From positions 173,988,614 to 174,048,355 of the forward strand of contig JANKJI020000002.1 of the NCBI GenBank assembly GCA_024626585.2: a stretch of 59,742 nucleotides of DNA, read 5' to 3'. Under the pieces are notes generated by a model. That model was given only the letters and a program-made list of their open reading frames with translations. It had not been told where the DNA came from and ran no database searches. Made by a program: the position numbers and the translations under genes. The stretch comes from Ginkgo biloba (taxonomy: Eukaryota > Plantae > Ginkgophyta). Shown here in pieces: positions 55,546 to 59,742 of the stretch (position 1 is the stretch's first letter; every line of letters starts with the position of its first letter).

Positions 55546-57857
55546 GTACATATTTTTTTATTTGCATGTTGAATATAATTATCCTTATGAAAGTTAGGGT
55601 CTAGTTATCACATACTTTATTGATATTTATTTTACTTAATTATTTACTTGTTGATATCTAATTAGATAATGATGGAGGGGGGTCCTCATGCCTTGATGAA
55701 TCAACCAAAATAAGAATGCATCTACCCTTACAATTATCATAGGTAGGATTTCCACAAAGAGTGGAGGATTTTTAATGTGGAATATGGCTCATCATAAAGA
55801 TTTATTTTTTAAAATAAGTTGAATAATATAGAAATAGATATAGAGTGGATATAATTTAAATTTGAATCAATGTACAAAATGAATGAGCATAGTATGATTT
55901 TTGGAGATCATTCTAAGAAATAATTAATATACAAAGATCATCATTAAGAGAAAGATAGAAGAAATATTTTTAGGTTAATTAGAGGAGATAGAATAATATA
56001 TTCAAGAAGTGGAGGAAAAATATAGATAAATAATAATTGAAAAATATCCATAACCAACTCCACTATAATACCCATCTACATTCTAAGTAAGAAAATAACC
56101 CAACTCTAAGAAATCAACAAATAAGTTTCCCTCTTGATTGCTTTTTAAGAGAGGTTAAATTGTTTCGTATATGATATAATACATACCTCTCTAATACCCT
56201 TTAAGTAATAGAATTTACCCTAGATAAATTACTAGGTTTGATGAGCAAGTTATATTTTCAAGAGAGATTTAATGTGTAAAGATTACAAAGTCCAATTAGA
56301 AGGAATGATTTCTCCTAAAAGAGAAACTCTTAAGGAAATTAAGGGATTGCTATATTTTTTTTTCTCTAATAATAACCTAAAAAGTGTTATCACCATTATG
56401 TGATTCATTGCGAAATTAGTTTTTACACCATTGGACTATTTAGCCTACTTGATTTCAAAATTTGTATTCATACGAAATCACCTATATTATCTATTTAATT
56501 TCCATTTTAGGCTTTTTGTTAGATAGAATTAGGTTATGGTAGTAGACATTGAAATCTTATTAGAACATGGCATTGACAAAAAAATAACTAATTATAAGAT
56601 AGGTTAGGATAAGAAGGTGATACATACCATATTTTCATTCAAATCATCATTGGATTTATCTAAGAGAATGTTAGGGAGTTCCTATATTTTTATCATCTCC
56701 ATAACATGCACAATCATTATTAATGAATAAATAAAGAGGGATAGGAGGCATAGAATATAGTTGTATAGTTGGATGTAAGTGTTACTTCCCCAAAATTTAC
56801 CAATGATGAACTGACAAGGAAAATAAAGAGTTAAAGGGAAATATTTTAAATTAGGAATAATAAGTAAAATCACCCCAACCTCCTAAAGATACAATGGAAA
56901 TACTAAGGAAAATTTTGATATATCGTTCCTGTTTTTACTTTGAAAAGGAGTTTCATGAGTTAGACACCAAAAAGGGATATTGATGCGATGGAAAAGGAAT
57001 TAATTGAGGTTACAACTAGTAAAATTATAATAAAAACTAAAATATAAAAAATGGAAGGTAATGTAACTAAACTAAAAATAACTATTGATTAAATCAATGT
57101 TACAAGAGATAAGACATAGAGTTATGATAAGAAGGTAGGTGATAATGTAGAATATCTAAAGAGGTAATTGCTTGCCATGAACATGAATGAAGATACAAAT
57201 GTAAAATATATAGAAAATAAATGTTCTACCTTGAATGAAAAAATTAAGGGAATGAAAGAATTGCTACTCCATATAATTACTTTGGTAGGATAGATGCTAA
57301 GATGTAGGAATCCTATATGAGTTTATGTATTAATGTACAAATAGGAAAGAATGTGATTAAAATTGAGGTATATAATAACCATTGCTCCCTAGTCAAATTT
57401 AATAATGAAACATTAGAGGCATTTGGTGAGAGAAACAACATGTTACACATAAATTTCTTAACGTATAAATATTTTTGGTTAATAATTTTAGTAGGAAGGT
57501 AATATAGTAGAACCCCAAATTTCTTATGGAGAGTGTAAAATTATTATCTCTTGTACCTTCTCTATCTGGTAAGGTTAGTAGGGAAAGATGAAGAGAGATG
57601 TATGATTAATTATACTTAAAGGTAAATAAAACTATCTGGCATAATGGATGAGCAATTGAATCCAAGAAGGATTTTGTATGAAACCTACTTGAATTTAATA
57701 ACAGAGATTTGGAGAGTAGGTTCTAGATTAATAGCCTTAAAGGTGATATATTTTTTGGATCCAAAGAAAGGGACAAATGACAGTTGTTGATGATAGGATG
57801 TTAGATATTGAATGTCATAGTTTCTCAAAGTTCACTGGTACTAATAGTAAGACAAAA

Positions 57858-58100
57858 GACTAACACTGACAGGGAGGTTAAAAGATTGACACCAATAAGA
57901 AGGTTGAAGACTGACACCAATGGGAAGGTTGAATACTGACACCAATGGGAAGATTGAAGACTAACACCAATGAGAAGGTTGAAGACTAACATTAATGGGA
58001 AGGTTAAATGCTGACACCGATGGGAAGTTTGAAGACCAGTACCAATGGGAAGGTTAAATCCCAACATTGATGAGAAGGTTGAGAACTGACATCAATGGAG
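57858..58100. repeat. 25-bp minisatellite, about 10 copies
   Basis: Consensus gactgacaccaatgggaaggttgaa. Confidence 0.95.
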
Positions 58101-58567
58101 ACTGACTAAGATCTGATAAATATCTAAGCCATAATTTGACTATTTAGTTATGTGATGGTTCAACTTCCCTGGACAATTTTAAAATTGAATGTATGTTTGA
58201 GAAAAAAGGAACCAAGTGAAGAGGGGATATGATAAGGAGAAGGTGGAGAATAATATGGACTATGTAATAGCTCTAAGAGATAGATCTCAAGATAATAGTA
58301 TAAGAATAAGAATGAAACTATTTTGATGGTAATATAGGTTATTAATATATTCTGGAGTTTTATTCCCCAGGAGGGTATCTTGAGTTAGAAATATTATCTC
58401 TATGTAATATTTGATGTGTGTGATATCTATTATTGATTTCTTTGCACTTGAATCTTAAGTGAATAGATCACATATACTCGTAGGCATGAAGAAATTTAGG
58501 ATTAATTTAGAATTTGTGGTCAAGTCATTGGGAGGTTTTGAATTACCTACAAAATAATAAATTAAAA

Positions 58568-58579
58568 TGGTATCAAAGC
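58568..58579 (+). promoter_or_regulatory. PBS (tRNA-iMet type)
   Basis: tggtatcaaagc upstream of gag. Confidence 0.85.
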
Positions 58580-58619
58580 ACAAGACCCTAATCTTATGCT
58601 GAATGGTGAAAACCAAAAT

Positions 58620-59742
58620 GGGATATTCATCAAGCAAAGAACCTTTATTGCCAAGATTGACAATCGATAGAGTTAGAGGAATGGAAAAATGAATAGAGGA
58701 GAAGATGGATGGTGATATTGAAGTGAAATTATAAGAGTTGGATTCCAATATGAAGACCCTTCTAAAATTATTGTTGGAAATCAAATAGCATGCAGATAGA
58801 AAGAAAATTGAGTTTGAACTAGAAATGAAGACTAGGAGCAAGGCATTGATGGCAGTTCCAAGAATAGGGAGAAGAAACACTTTATGTCAGAAGGAGAATC
58901 CCATTATTCTAGAATTACATTTAGAGTTGAGGAAAAAGTAGATATTAAGCCTTACAATGGTGATATTAACCCAAAATAAATAAATAATTGGTTGAGGAAG
59001 ATGGAGGTGTATTTTAGTTGCAACATATTCATAAATAAGGAGAAAATATACTTTTCCCAATTAAAGATGGAAGGTTATGTACTATTATGGTGGGAAATCT
59101 TATACCAAGAAAAGGTCCCTTATAAACTAGAATCCTTTGTTGAATTAGGATGAGTTCAAGACTATCATTAAAAGTTAGTTCTAACTTATGGGATATGAGG
59201 AGGAATAGGAATTCAAATGGCATTATCTTTGCTAATGACAAGGGCAAGGATTCGAAGAATACACTATAGAATTTTGTCGATAATATATTCTTCTGAATAT
59301 AAACCAAGTTGACCAATAAGTTATAATGCATATTCATATCTGAAATGAAGTCATCTTGTTTGAGGTTAATTCATTGGATGAAGCATGTAAGAAGCTCATG
59401 TATGTGGAGGCTAAACATGGTTAAAGTCCTATTGGTGATATAGGTATGGTTACAAGTACCTCTAAGTCAGAAGGGAAGAATATTATGATGAAGATGGAGA
59501 TAAGACAGAGAGAAGGCATGAATTTTTTTCATACAAGCATGCATGTCCTCACTGTGGGCACTATAAAAAAAATATCCACATGAAGGAATAGTGTTGGAAG
59601 TTGTACCCAAAATTGATTCCATAGAATAAGGTCGACAAAAATTTTCTCATGTTGATTTCTTCCAAAGGGGAAGGCGAGGAAATAGAAGGAACGCGGGACG
59701 TTAATGATCAAGTTTCATTGATGGTGTGACAAAAGGAAAAAT
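58620..59742 (+). pseudogene. gag: gag pseudogene
   Basis: FRVEEKVDIKPYNGDI..NNWLRKMEVYFSC ~58920-59022; zinc-knuckle remnant CPHCGHY..H..*CWKLYP ~59545-59610; same gag type as 17230-18447. Confidence 0.88.

Larger units (their letters stand above)
57785..59742 (+). mobile_element. Ty3/gypsy element: LTR (start uncertain)-PBS-gag, running off the right edge
   Basis: PBS tggtatcaaagc 58568-58579; gag motifs downstream; LTR start guessed at tgttga 57785. Confidence 0.75.

Noticed and set aside
57825-58100. 25-bp repeat as a CRISPR array, or its 80-aa ORF as a gene
   Set aside because: Units abut without unique spacers, there are no cas genes, the context is eukaryotic, and the ORF is a repeat by-product.
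1-59742. Host protein-coding exons, tRNA or rRNA genes
   Set aside because: None recognisable; every identifiable peptide is retroelement-derived. The window could still lie inside a very long intron, which cannot be judged from here.

Overview
Very AT-rich, CpG-depleted eukaryotic intergenic DNA from a gapped scaffold (8 N-gaps). The retroelement families look gymnosperm-like (inference). I find no host genes, RNA genes or intact ORFs; the window is a stack of old, nested, stop-codon-riddled LTR retrotransposons. Main layers: (1) a head-to-tail duplicated composite (~7045-14398 and ~14399-26262) of a minus-strand Ty3/gypsy gag-pol+LTR and a plus-strand Athila-like gag-PR; (2) in copy 2 only, an internally deleted gypsy (15969-19583, TSD actac) and a related solo LTR (24637-25628); (3) a ~14.1-kb Ogre/Tat element (26263-40391, TSD aataa, tRNA-Arg-type PBS) that splits the Athila RT in frame, carries an antisense PMD-like ORF remnant and hosts a copia fragment and another LTR; (4) a minus-strand Tat element with PR-aRH-RT-RH-INT order, apparently part of a tandem multimer sharing LTRs (41890-53237), interrupted by a ~1-kb TIR element; (5) tandem-repeat arrays and a final gypsy LTR-PBS-gag running off the right edge. 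All calls come from by-eye translation and alignment, so boundaries are approximate unless a TSD is quoted. I see no convincing wholly new biological system. The best leads are the accessory antisense ORFs and the tandem architectures.
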